Assembly: GCA_965140415.1 (NCBI GenBank)
Contig: OZ223209.1
Location: forward strand, 5,216,001 to 5,280,000
Source: Myxococcota bacterium
GTDB taxonomy: Bacteria > Myxococcota_A > SURF-8
Direction of reading: 5' to 3'
DNA: 64,000 nt
Shown here: in pieces, positions 53,700-62,604 of the stretch
Position numbering within the stretch: the first letter of the stretch is position 1
Layout: each line of letters opens with the position of its first letter
Program-made: the position numbers and the translations under genes
Notes under the pieces: generated by a model
Told to the model about the DNA's origin: nothing
Databases searched by the model: none
The model's input: the letters and a program-made list of their open reading frames with translations, nothing else

Positions 53700-54122
53700 A
53701 TGAACATCTCAAAGGAAACTGTGCGCACACTGCTTGCGACGGCCAAGACCATGAGCGAGCGCGCCTACGCACCTTATTCAAGCTTTCACGTCGGAGCGGC
53801 GCTTCTGGACGAGGACGGTGGTATTTACGGCGGCTGCAACGTCGAATGCTCCTCCTTCGGCGGCACCATCTGTGCGGAACGCTCGGCGCTGTGCCAGGCG
53901 ATTGCGGCGGGAAAACGCCGTTTCACAGCCATTCTGATCTACACACCGACGGCCACCCCGACGCCGCCTTGCGGCATCTGCCGCCAGATGCTGATGGACT
54001 TCAATCCGGAAATGACGGTAATCCTGGTGGATCAGCAGGAAACAATGGTGCGCCGCAAGCTGAAAACCCTGCTGCCGCTAGCCTTTACCGACTTCCAGGT
54101 TCCAGCAAAGAAACGCCGCTGA
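53700..54122 (+). CDS. cdd: Cytidine deaminase (homotetrameric type)
   Basis: AYAPYS.F.VGAA, GCNVE, CAER.A, PCGICRQ, LLP.AF motifs. Confidence 0.94.
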   Translation: MNISKETVRTLLATAKTMSERAYAPYSSFHVGAALLDEDGGIYGGCNVECSSFGGTICAERSALCQAIAAGKRRFTAILIYTPTATPTPPCGICRQMLMDFNPEMTVILVDQQETMVRRKLKTLLPLAFTDFQVPAKKRR

Positions 54123-55441
54123 TCCTTACCGGCGCGCGCATTCTGAATCCTCCCGATTTCATCGCCGGTCCGCCGAGCGACATCCTGATCGAAAAGGGAG
54201 AGATCGTCCGCGTGGGCGTCATTTACAAAGAAGACGCCCCTCACGCGCAGCAGATCGACTGCACGGACCTGGTGATCCTGCCCGGCTTCATTCAAACGCA
54301 TATCCACATGGCGCAGGTGCTTTTCCGGGGACTGGGTGAAGGCATGAACCTGCTGCACTGGCTTTCCCAGCGCGTACTGCCGCTGGAAGCCTCCCACGAC
54401 CCGGATACCCTGTACGCTTCCGCCAGGCTGGGCATTGCCGAGTTGTTGCTTGGCGGTAATACCACCATGCTGGATTTCGGCTCGGTGCATCACGCCGAAG
54501 CCATTTTCGAAGCCGCCAAGGATATGGGCATCCGGTTGACCGGCGGCAAAATCATGATGGATCGCGGCAAGGCAGTGCCGGCGAAACTGAAGCAGTCCAC
54601 CGATGAAGCTCTACAAGGCAGCGTAGAACTTTACGAGCGCTATCACGACACTGCAAACGGTCTCCTGCGCTACGCCTTTACACCGCGCTTCCTGCTTTCC
54701 TGCACACCGGAAGTCATGCGCGAATCCATAGCCCTGGCTGCCAAACACGACACCATCTGGCATACGCATATTGCCGAGCAAGTGCCGGAAATCCAGGCCG
54801 TAATGGATGAAACAGGGAAGTTCTCCCTGGTTTACCTCGACGAACTGGGCGCATCGCAGGCGCGCTTATGCCTGGCGCACATGATTCACCTGTCTTCCAA
54901 GGAACGCAAACTGATGCGCAACTGGCGAGTGGGTGTGCTGCACTGCCCGCGCGCCAACACGAAACTGGGCTCGGGCGTCTGCAAAGTACCGGAATTCCTG
55001 AAGGCGGATGTGCCGGTCGGCTTGGGCAGCGACGGCAGCGCCTGCAACAATCGCCTGGATATGTTCGAGGAAATGCGCGCCTCAGGCGCGTTACAGGATC
55101 TCAATGTCGGGCCGGGAACCTTGTCGGCAGCGACGCTGCTACAGATGGCTACCGCCAATGGCGCACGAGTGCTGGGACTGGAAGATCAAATCGGCTCGGT
55201 CAAAGAAGGTATGCGAGCGGACTTGACGGTTTTGGATTTGAGCGGTATTCCCATTGTCAGCGGCGCACCGGAAGCGGAAGCCATCGTTCACACCGGCGAC
55301 GCGCGCGCGGTGCGTTACGTGCTGGTGGATGGTGAAGTATTGGTTGCAGATGGCAAATTGTTACGAGCAGACGAACAGGAAATCACGACACAGGCCGCAC
55401 AGGCCGTTGCCACGTTGAAGAAGCGAGCTTTTGAGGAGTAA
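54119..55441 (+). CDS. Amidohydrolase-family nucleoside deaminase (5'-deoxyadenosine / MTA-SAH deaminase-like); start non-canonical
   Basis: PGFIQTHIH, HTHIAE, AH..H, HCP..N.KLGSG, LGSDG..CNN.LD, G..AD motifs; amidohydrolase-like sequence begins at LILTGARI. Confidence 0.88.
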   Translation: MILTGARILNPPDFIAGPPSDILIEKGEIVRVGVIYKEDAPHAQQIDCTDLVILPGFIQTHIHMAQVLFRGLGEGMNLLHWLSQRVLPLEASHDPDTLYASARLGIAELLLGGNTTMLDFGSVHHAEAIFEAAKDMGIRLTGGKIMMDRGKAVPAKLKQSTDEALQGSVELYERYHDTANGLLRYAFTPRFLLSCTPEVMRESIALAAKHDTIWHTHIAEQVPEIQAVMDETGKFSLVYLDELGASQARLCLAHMIHLSSKERKLMRNWRVGVLHCPRANTKLGSGVCKVPEFLKADVPVGLGSDGSACNNRLDMFEEMRASGALQDLNVGPGTLSAATLLQMATANGARVLGLEDQIGSVKEGMRADLTVLDLSGIPIVSGAPEAEAIVHTGDARAVRYVLVDGEVLVADGKLLRADEQEITTQAAQAVATLKKRAFEE

Positions 55442-55442
55442 A

Positions 55443-55970
55443 ATGGAACAAGAAATCAAAGTACTACTGAGCGAAGAACAGATTCAAACCCGCATCGCGG
55501 AATTGGGCAAACAGATTTCGGACGATTATCGCGGGCGCGACCTGCACGTGCTGGGTGTATTGAAAGGCGCCTTTATCTTCATGTCGGATCTGGTGCGTCA
55601 AATCGATGTGACCATGACCATGGATTTTCTGACGATCAGCAGTTACGGCGACCTGACGCATTCCACCGGTGTCGTTAAAATGCTGACCGATGTCACCGTT
55701 CCCATTGCCGGGCGTGACATTCTGATCGTGGAAGACATTGTCGATACCGGCTTGACGCTGCATTATCTGCTGGAGAATCTGAAAACGCGCAACCCGGCCA
55801 GCGTACGGATCTGTACGTTTTTGGACAAGCCGGAAGGCAGTAAAATACAGGTACCGGTGGATTACACCGGGTTCGTGATCCCAAACAAGTATGTTGTAGG
55901 TTACGGCCTGGATATCGCCCAGAAATATCGCAATCTGCCGTTTCTGGGATATGTCGAGACGGAGGAATAA
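55443..55970 (+). CDS. hpt: Hypoxanthine phosphoribosyltransferase
   Basis: VLKGA..FM.DL, SSY, LIVEDIVDTGLTL, VVGYGLD..YRNL motifs; GAGGAG RBS. Confidence 0.96.
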   Translation: MEQEIKVLLSEEQIQTRIAELGKQISDDYRGRDLHVLGVLKGAFIFMSDLVRQIDVTMTMDFLTISSYGDLTHSTGVVKMLTDVTVPIAGRDILIVEDIVDTGLTLHYLLENLKTRNPASVRICTFLDKPEGSKIQVPVDYTGFVIPNKYVVGYGLDIAQKYRNLPFLGYVETEE

Positions 55971-56365
55971 TGAAAGATCCCAACCAGTCGTCTGAAACCA
56001 AAACGGGAAAAATCGGCGACCGTCCCGATTGGGTGCGTACCGGTTCGGTATTTATTCGCGCCCTGCATCTGCTGGGAGCGTCGGTGGTTACAGGCGCCTA
56101 CCTGCTCGATTCTTCGCTGGCGAACATTCACCCCTACCTGATCATCGCGGCGGTTACGGGGCTGTTGCTGGTCATCACAGAAACGGTGCGGCACGTTCAG
56201 TTGTATCGCGAAGCGGCTGGCTGGGCAACGATTGTAAAAATCCTCCTACTCGCCTGGGTGCCGGTTTTTCCTGAAGCCAGCGTCTGCTTATTCACCTCGG
56301 CCTTTTTGCTGGCGGCGGTTTTCGCTCACTTGCCCCGCCGCTACCGACATCGATTGCTGTTTTAA
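55970..56365 (+). CDS. Small 4-TM membrane protein
   Basis: TAATG coupling, GGAGG RBS, hydrophobic helices, H.P...RH C-terminus. Confidence 0.72.
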   Translation: MKDPNQSSETKTGKIGDRPDWVRTGSVFIRALHLLGASVVTGAYLLDSSLANIHPYLIIAAVTGLLLVITETVRHVQLYREAAGWATIVKILLLAWVPVFPEASVCLFTSAFLLAAVFAHLPRRYRHRLLF

Positions 56366-56479
56366 ACTCGGTACGCCATCGTCCTGAAATAGTCGTTTTC
56401 TCGAAAATTAGTTTGATTTCCTGCTCAATTGCAGGACACTCATCCGGTACCGAGCACGAGCGCAATCCTTCAGCAATAG

Positions 56480-56508
56480 TTGACACCGTCGAGCGCCCGA
56501 AGTATAAG
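56480..56508 (+). promoter_or_regulatory. Sigma70-type promoter
   Basis: TTGACA-N17-TATAAG. Confidence 0.65.
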
Positions 56509-56576
56509 GGAGGCGGGAGCGAATCTACATCGAAATAATGCTGGATAGTCTGGATGGTAAGGAAAGAGAGGGCAAG

Positions 56577-57671
56577 ATGAGGGGTTCTGCCATTAATGTT
56601 CTGTCCGTTGTATTGCCACTTTTGATACTGGGTCTCTTTGCAGGCTGTGCGTATACACCGAAAGTGGAGTTTGCCAAGGCGAACGCCGAAAAAACCGTTG
56701 TCGGTGTCGGCTATGGCTGGGGAGAAAAGGCCGAAGAAAAAGCGCGCACGGCGGCAATCAACGAAACCACCGTACTGGCCGTGCCACGTTCGATCGAATT
56801 TACGTATTTAAGAGTCGGTCCCTACACGATGTTCAAGACCGACAAGGTCGATGAAGCCGATCTGACATTGGGAGATCCCGAAAAGTTGCCGGATGGCGGT
56901 ATCAAGATCACCGCGACGGCTCCCCGCAGCACCGAGTCGCTACGAGCGATGCAATTCATGACAGTCGCTCACTTCGAGGTCGCCTGTGAAGGCGATACAT
57001 TCAAAGCCCGGCTGAAGAAATGCAATGGATTGATGTACGAACGGGCCATGTCCGCATCCGCCACCCGCAAATTCGGCACCGTCCCGGAAAAAATTCGTGG
57101 AAACTTCACCTTCTTCGACATCGACCGGCAGGACAACGGCAAAAGCAAGATGACCGTAAAAGCCAAGGCTTTCGTCGGTTTCCTGGGTACGGGAAAACTG
57201 GATGCTTCGGAAAAGAGCATGGTGCTGATGAATGCCTGGCGGCGGACCTGTGCTTCCGGCAATGGCGATAAAGCCTCCCCCATTTTCCGTCAAGCCTACA
57301 AAGCCAATCCCAACGCCCGGCAAGCAATGGAATACGCGTTATTCGAAATGAAGGAAAATCGCTTGAAAAACGCAATCTGGGCCACCAAGGCCGCCATCAA
57401 GATCAACCCGCACGAGTTGGACTACGTCAAAGTTCTGTATCAATTGTACAAACAGACCGGCGACACGGCCAGCATGAACAAAATCCAGGACAAACTGGTT
57501 GAACTGGAAGCCTGGGAGGAGAATCCGGGTGCGGATATCACTACCGGTTTGAGCTACAAGCAGACCATTCGCTGGACCAGCGGCGAGGAGGAATCCAACT
57601 CCAGCGGAATGATCAATTTCCGCGAAGTGGATGAAACCGAACTGGAAGCCATGAGCAAAGAGGAAAAGTAA
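56577..57671 (+). CDS. Lipoprotein with C-terminal TPR repeats
   Basis: FAGC lipobox; A..ANP and AI.INP TPR-like motifs. Confidence 0.72.
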   Translation: MRGSAINVLSVVLPLLILGLFAGCAYTPKVEFAKANAEKTVVGVGYGWGEKAEEKARTAAINETTVLAVPRSIEFTYLRVGPYTMFKTDKVDEADLTLGDPEKLPDGGIKITATAPRSTESLRAMQFMTVAHFEVACEGDTFKARLKKCNGLMYERAMSASATRKFGTVPEKIRGNFTFFDIDRQDNGKSKMTVKAKAFVGFLGTGKLDASEKSMVLMNAWRRTCASGNGDKASPIFRQAYKANPNARQAMEYALFEMKENRLKNAIWATKAAIKINPHELDYVKVLYQLYKQTGDTASMNKIQDKLVELEAWEENPGADITTGLSYKQTIRWTSGEEESNSSGMINFREVDETELEAMSKEEK

Positions 57672-57728
57672 ACCAGAAATTCCTTGACTTTCGGCTGAAA
57701 GTGACGTAATCAAAACCACCTGTGAGGA

Positions 57729-57804
57729 GCCCAGGTAGCTCAGTAGGTAGAGCAGGGGACTGAAAATCCTCGTGTGGGCGGTTCGATTCCGTCCCTGGGC
57801 ACCA
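57729..57804 (+). tRNA. tRNA-Phe(GAA)
   Basis: GCCCAGGTAGCTCAG...CTGAAAA...GGTTCGATTCC...CCTGGGCACCA; hairpin terminator at ~57814-57846. Confidence 0.97.
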
Positions 57805-57977
57805 AAAGAATTCGCCCCATTTTCCATCTCGGAGAATGGGGTTTTCTTATTTGCCTATTTCGTTGTAGAGTAAACTCTGAAGTCTCCCCAACGGCTTCAT
57901 GAGTTGCTTGCTTTCCTTTCGGTTTTATGCAAGTGTGGTGCGGTCTATAAGCATCGAACCGCTTCGGAGTAGTCAGG

Positions 57978-59417
57978 TTGATCCAGAATAGTAAACCACC
58001 ATCCAAATCGAATCCCGATTCCGATCATGTATTATATACGTTGCTACCGGACATCGTATTTCACGTCCAGTACGACGGCTTTATCCTGCATTGTAAACTG
58101 AATTGCTCCCAAGCCGTATTCACTTCTAAAGGCCCCATGACCTTCGAAGGCCGTTACCTGCACGATATCCGTGATATCGGAGATGCAGACACGGAAATGG
58201 CGGTCGTTCGTAAAGCAATCGATCAGAAGCAGATTCTGGAACGCAATTATACGGTTAGCGTTCTCGGAGAAATCAAGCACTACTACATTCGCGTAGCACC
58301 GGATGACCAGCACAATGCCTGGGTCTTTATTCGCGACGATACCAGCCGGGTACACGCTCTGGATACGCTGACGCGCAGCGAAAACCGCTATCGGGCGCTG
58401 GTCAACGCCATGAACGAGGGTTGCGCCTTTTTTGACATTGAATTCGATGATTATGGCCAGGTGTGCGACGCCTCGATTGTCGATGCCAATACCAGCTTCG
58501 AACGTCTGACCGGACTGGTGCGTAAAAGCATTGTGGGGCGCAGCCTGAAATGGCTGTTCAAAGATTTCGCCGACACATGGATCCACTACTTCCAGAAATG
58601 CCTGAACGACGAGCGGGAGGTGCATATCACCCGTTATTCGGAGTTGTTCAAGCGCCATTTCGAATACCGGCTGCATTCACCCAAGCCAAAACGAGTCGTA
58701 ATGACTTTGACCGATGTCACAGACCGGGTTCATGCCACCGAAATGGCGGAAGCTTCCCAGCAACAGTTGCGCGATCTGCACACGCACATTCAAAGTGTGC
58801 GGGAAGACGAGCGCCGTTGCATCGCCCATGAAATCCACGACGAACTTGGACAAACCCTTACCGCCATCCGCATCGGGTTAAAGCGCTTGCAGCAACGCGC
58901 AGCGAGCAATCCGGAGGAAATCGAGAACACGACGGAGCAACTTCTTGATTTTACGGATCGCATGCTGGTTACCGTCAAGCGCATCTCCAGTGAACTGCGT
59001 CCCAGCGTGCTCGATCATCTTGGCCTGGCAGCGGCGATTGAGTGGCAGATCGAGGAATACAAGCGCAGCATCGGTGCGGATTGGACGATGGTTCAGGAAC
59101 TGGAAGAGGTGGATGTTCCTGCGGAAGTTGGAATTACGCTGTTTCGGGTACTTCAGGAAACCTGCACCAACATCGCGCGCCATGCCCTTGCCCAGCGCGT
59201 GAAAATCGTGTTGAAATCGGAAAAAGAGCACCTTGTACTGAGCATCAATGATAATGGCGTAGGTTTGAACTGCTACGATCCTGATCACCCGAGCACCTTC
59301 GGAATCCTTGGTATGCGCGAGCGCACCCAGGCGTTGGGAGGTACATTCGAAATCATCAGTAAGCCTTCTGTCGGTACGACCGTCACCGTTCGCTTGCCAC
59401 AACATGTTGTAGAATAG
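57978..59417 (+). CDS. PAS-domain sensor histidine kinase (HisKA_3, NarX/UhpB type)
   Basis: ERR.IAHEIHDELGQ, ELRP.VLD.LGL, QE..TNI.RHA, DNG.G, GMRER motifs; start uncertain. Confidence 0.92.
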   Translation: MIQNSKPPSKSNPDSDHVLYTLLPDIVFHVQYDGFILHCKLNCSQAVFTSKGPMTFEGRYLHDIRDIGDADTEMAVVRKAIDQKQILERNYTVSVLGEIKHYYIRVAPDDQHNAWVFIRDDTSRVHALDTLTRSENRYRALVNAMNEGCAFFDIEFDDYGQVCDASIVDANTSFERLTGLVRKSIVGRSLKWLFKDFADTWIHYFQKCLNDEREVHITRYSELFKRHFEYRLHSPKPKRVVMTLTDVTDRVHATEMAEASQQQLRDLHTHIQSVREDERRCIAHEIHDELGQTLTAIRIGLKRLQQRAASNPEEIENTTEQLLDFTDRMLVTVKRISSELRPSVLDHLGLAAAIEWQIEEYKRSIGADWTMVQELEEVDVPAEVGITLFRVLQETCTNIARHALAQRVKIVLKSEKEHLVLSINDNGVGLNCYDPDHPSTFGILGMRERTQALGGTFEIISKPSVGTTVTVRLPQHVVE

Positions 59418-59428
59418 GCAGTGTCACC

Positions 59429-60061
59429 ATGATCCGTATTCTCATCGTAGACGACCACTCCATCGTTCGTGCGGGATTGAAACAGATACTGGAAGATGTA
59501 GACGACATGGAAGTCACCGGCGAAACGGAAAACGCCGAGCAGACGCTGGAACTCATTCACGAACAGGCGTTTGACATCATGGTGCTGGATATTTCTCTTC
59601 CTGGCCGTGACGGCATCGACCTGTTGAAGCAAATCGTCAAAATCAAGCCGGAGTTGCCTGTACTGGTTTTAACGGTACATTCCGAAAGCCAGTATGCCGT
59701 TCGCACGCTTAAAGCGGGAGCCTGGGGCTTTTTGAATAAGGAAAGCGCCCCGGACGAGTTGGTCAATGCCTTGCGCTGCATCGCCTCCGGGCGACGCTTT
59801 ATCAGCCATGCCGTGGCGCAGGTGCTGGCCCGGGAACTGGGACCGAGCGATTTTGAAAGTCCCCATCGCCGCCTAAGCGATCGGGAACACGAAGTGCTGC
59901 TGGCGCTGGCAGCGGGTCAGTCCATCACGGAAATCGGCGAACGGCTGGCCATCAGCATCAAAACGGTTAGCACCTATCGAACGCGCATCCTGCAAAAAAT
60001 GCATATGAAAACCAACGCCGAACTGATCCGCTACGCGATTGAAAACAAGCTGTTGGATTGA
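59429..60061 (+). CDS. NarL/FixJ-family response regulator
   Basis: VDDH..VR.GL, LDISLP, LS.RE..V, S.KTV.TY LuxR-type HTH. Confidence 0.95.
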   Translation: MIRILIVDDHSIVRAGLKQILEDVDDMEVTGETENAEQTLELIHEQAFDIMVLDISLPGRDGIDLLKQIVKIKPELPVLVLTVHSESQYAVRTLKAGAWGFLNKESAPDELVNALRCIASGRRFISHAVAQVLARELGPSDFESPHRRLSDREHEVLLALAAGQSITEIGERLAISIKTVSTYRTRILQKMHMKTNAELIRYAIENKLLD

Positions 60062-60134
60062 TGTCGAATATCGCTTGGGTGGGTGATGACCGTTGGAACT
60101 TGGCTACATCGACTGTTGGAGCAGGGCTCCTGTC

Positions 60135-61440
60135 CACAGCTGTCCCGCTAACTTCCAGGTTCAGCGCTACAACTACTTATTATTACAGATTGAATTTGTG
60201 ATTATCAGGTGTCCGCGATAGTTTTTCTGCATTTCGAATAGTCAAGAAATGCAGGAGATCAAAATGACACAGACTGTCTTTTCGCAAGTGCTCGACTATT
60301 TGCCGGATCGCCATTTCCGCCGTTGTGTCAATCGCTATCAGGGGAACAAGCGCATTCGTACCTTTTCCTGTATGGATCAATTCATTTGCATGGCATTTGC
60401 CCAGCTGGCCTACCGCGAAAGCCTGCGCGATATTGAAGCGACCTTGCGGGCTATTCAGCTGAAACTTTATCACATGGGTCTGCGTGGAAAAGTCTCTCGC
60501 AACACACTGGCCAGAGCGAATGAAAAACGCGACTGGCGCATTTACGCAGATCTCGCTCAGCCCCTGATACGGCGCGCCCGCGCGCTGTATGCGGACGAGA
60601 AGCTCGCCGTCGACCTAGACGCCACCACCTACGCGCTCGACACGACAGCGATTGATTTGAGTTTGTCGCTTTTTCCATGGGCCAAATTCACGCGATACAA
60701 TGGATCATTGCGTCTTCACACGCAAATGGACCTTCGCGGACGGATTCCCGCCTTTATTTCCATTACGGACGGCAAGAGCCATGACAAGCGTTTACTGGAT
60801 ATTCTGCCTTTGGAAGCGGGCGCATTTTATATCATGGATCGCGGTTATGTCGATTACGGACGCATGCATCGCATCCATCGGGCGGGAGCCTTCTTCATTC
60901 TTAGAGCCAGCAAGAACACCAGCACAAAGCGAATCTATTCACACCCCATCGACAAGAGCTTGGGATTGCGCGCCGATCAGACCGTGAGCTTCGTGGACCG
61001 TGCTTCCATTCGACGCTATCCGGATCATGTGCGGCGAATCAACTACATCGATCCAGAATCGAACACCCGATTTGTCTGGCTGACCAACAACTTTGATCTT
61101 TCTTCGGAAACGATTCCGGACTTGTACCGGCTGCGGTGGAGTATCGAAGTGTTTTTCAAATGGATCAAACAGAATCTGCGAATCAAGGCGTTTTACGGTC
61201 GCAGCGCCAATGCGGTAAAGACACAAGTGTGGATTTCGATTACGGTTTATCTGTTGGTTGCGATTCTGAAAAAGGATCTGAATCTCGAGCACAGTTTGAT
61301 GACGATTCTACAGATTTTAAGCGTCACGCTTTTCGAGGAAAGCCCCATTTTACAGGTGCTAAAGGCAAACGCCTCCCTGCCTACCAATATCCCTTTTGGT
61401 AAGCAGTTGGAATTATTCAATAGTTAACGGGACAGCTGTG
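60135..61440 (+). mobile_element. IS4-family insertion sequence
   Basis: 19-bp terminal inverted repeats CACAGCTGTCCCG(C/T)TAACT with one mismatch, enclosing a DDE transposase. Confidence 0.92.
60249..61427 (+). CDS. IS4-family transposase (DUF4372 + DDE_Tnp_1)
   Basis: RESLRDIE, SRNTLA.AN..R, DTT, MDRGY, Y..RW.IE.FFKWIKQ (YREK) motifs. Confidence 0.95.
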   Translation: MQEIKMTQTVFSQVLDYLPDRHFRRCVNRYQGNKRIRTFSCMDQFICMAFAQLAYRESLRDIEATLRAIQLKLYHMGLRGKVSRNTLARANEKRDWRIYADLAQPLIRRARALYADEKLAVDLDATTYALDTTAIDLSLSLFPWAKFTRYNGSLRLHTQMDLRGRIPAFISITDGKSHDKRLLDILPLEAGAFYIMDRGYVDYGRMHRIHRAGAFFILRASKNTSTKRIYSHPIDKSLGLRADQTVSFVDRASIRRYPDHVRRINYIDPESNTRFVWLTNNFDLSSETIPDLYRLRWSIEVFFKWIKQNLRIKAFYGRSANAVKTQVWISITVYLLVAILKKDLNLEHSLMTILQILSVTLFEESPILQVLKANASLPTNIPFGKQLELFNS

Positions 61441-61515
61441 GCTTGCCTATGTGCTCCTCGAACACGGGCAAACCTGCGGTTTAGCCCGTGCCACCCTGAA
61501 ATCAACTAGAACCGG

Positions 61516-61676
61516 GTAGGTCGGACAGATTTTCTGTCCGACAATTGGATCTTGAAATTCAATTGCTACAAATGATACTTAATTCATGTGATAAATTTGA
61601 AACGATTTACTCTTTGCTAATTTGGGATGAAGAATAAGCTATAGTTTTTGTCGGACAGAAAATCTGTCCGACCTAC
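61516..61676. repeat. REPIN/MITE-like element: two inverted GTAG-type REP palindromes around an AT-rich spacer
   Basis: GTAGGTCGGACAGATTTTCTGTCCGACAA (61516-61544) and its exact reverse complement (61648-61676). Confidence 0.85.
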
Positions 61677-61745
61677 TGTTTTTTCAGGCGTTTCTTCGGC
61701 GGGCTAATGCCTCGCCGCTACGGGAAATGCCCCCCTATCGTTAGC

Positions 61746-62531
61746 CTACTCATCCCGGCAACAGCGAATACCCATCGAGGCGGTCCAGTAGCTCGTGTTC
61801 TGCCATTCAATGGACGTGCATTTCAGATCCGCCGCTTCCGCATCCCAGCCACCGCCTGCCAGCTTGCAGCGCTCGGTTTCGCCTTCCGTTTCGCATTCGT
61901 GCAACCATTCCGACACGTTGCCACTCATGTCGAACAGATCCGAATAGCCGCCCTCGCAGCCGCTGAGCGTACCCACGACCACCGATTCGTCGTTTCCGGC
62001 ATCCGCACCGTTGCAGGTCGTTTCGCCATAGGCGGGACCATACGGAAAACCGTGATTATCCGGACCGCCGCAGGCTGCGCCCCATTCCTGTTCCGTGCAT
62101 AGACGAGCCTCGATATACTGGCAGGCCTGATAGGCCGCCCGCCATCCGGCGCAGGCCATGGGATGGCTTTGCTTCAACGCATTATCGAAGGTGCAGCGAT
62201 TGTTATCCGCCCGCTGACCGAATGCATCCGATTCGCACGCACCGTTTCGCACGCAGCGCACGAAAGCGGAGGTCGTCATTTCGCGGGCCATGATTTCCAC
62301 TCCCGTTTCGCCGATGGCGATCCAGTCGCGTCGCTGCGGCTCGGTATCCTGATCGGCTTCCGCTTCGGTCTGATCGACTTCCGGCAGATCCGCATCGCCG
62401 TCGATCGCTTCGACTTCGCTAGTGCCGTCACGATCCAAGTCGCCATCGGTGTCACCGTCGTCGGATTCCGAGCAAGCCAGCAGGCCAACGACAAAGAACA
62501 GACACAACCAAAGCCAGCTTATCCGTTTCAT
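61746..62531 (-). CDS. Lipoprotein with DGD linker and FGE-sulfatase (formylglycine-generating-enzyme-like) domain
   Basis: LLAC lipobox; HP....W..A...C....RLCTE.EW..AC, FPYG, DMSGNV.EW, G.RCC motifs. Confidence 0.88.
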   Translation of the reverse strand: MKRISWLWLCLFFVVGLLACSESDDGDTDGDLDRDGTSEVEAIDGDADLPEVDQTEAEADQDTEPQRRDWIAIGETGVEIMAREMTTSAFVRCVRNGACESDAFGQRADNNRCTFDNALKQSHPMACAGWRAAYQACQYIEARLCTEQEWGAACGGPDNHGFPYGPAYGETTCNGADAGNDESVVVGTLSGCEGGYSDLFDMSGNVSEWLHECETEGETERCKLAGGGWDAEAADLKCTSIEWQNTSYWTASMGIRCCRDE

Positions 62532-62604
62532 GTCACGTGCTCCTTGTCACTTTTTGTAAAACGACGCCAGATGCACCCCGGCACAACCGGCGTATTCCAT
62601 GCGT

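Noticed and set aside
53681-54118. N-terminal 146 aa of the 586-aa ORF as a real protein segment
   Set aside because: It is the -1 shadow frame of cdd with no amidohydrolase-like content; recognisable sequence begins at ~54119
61746-61870. FGE-sulfatase C-terminus as a second DGR variable region
   Set aside because: Many codons end in A or G (GAA, GCG, AAA, CAG, ACG); there is no NNC/NNT bias
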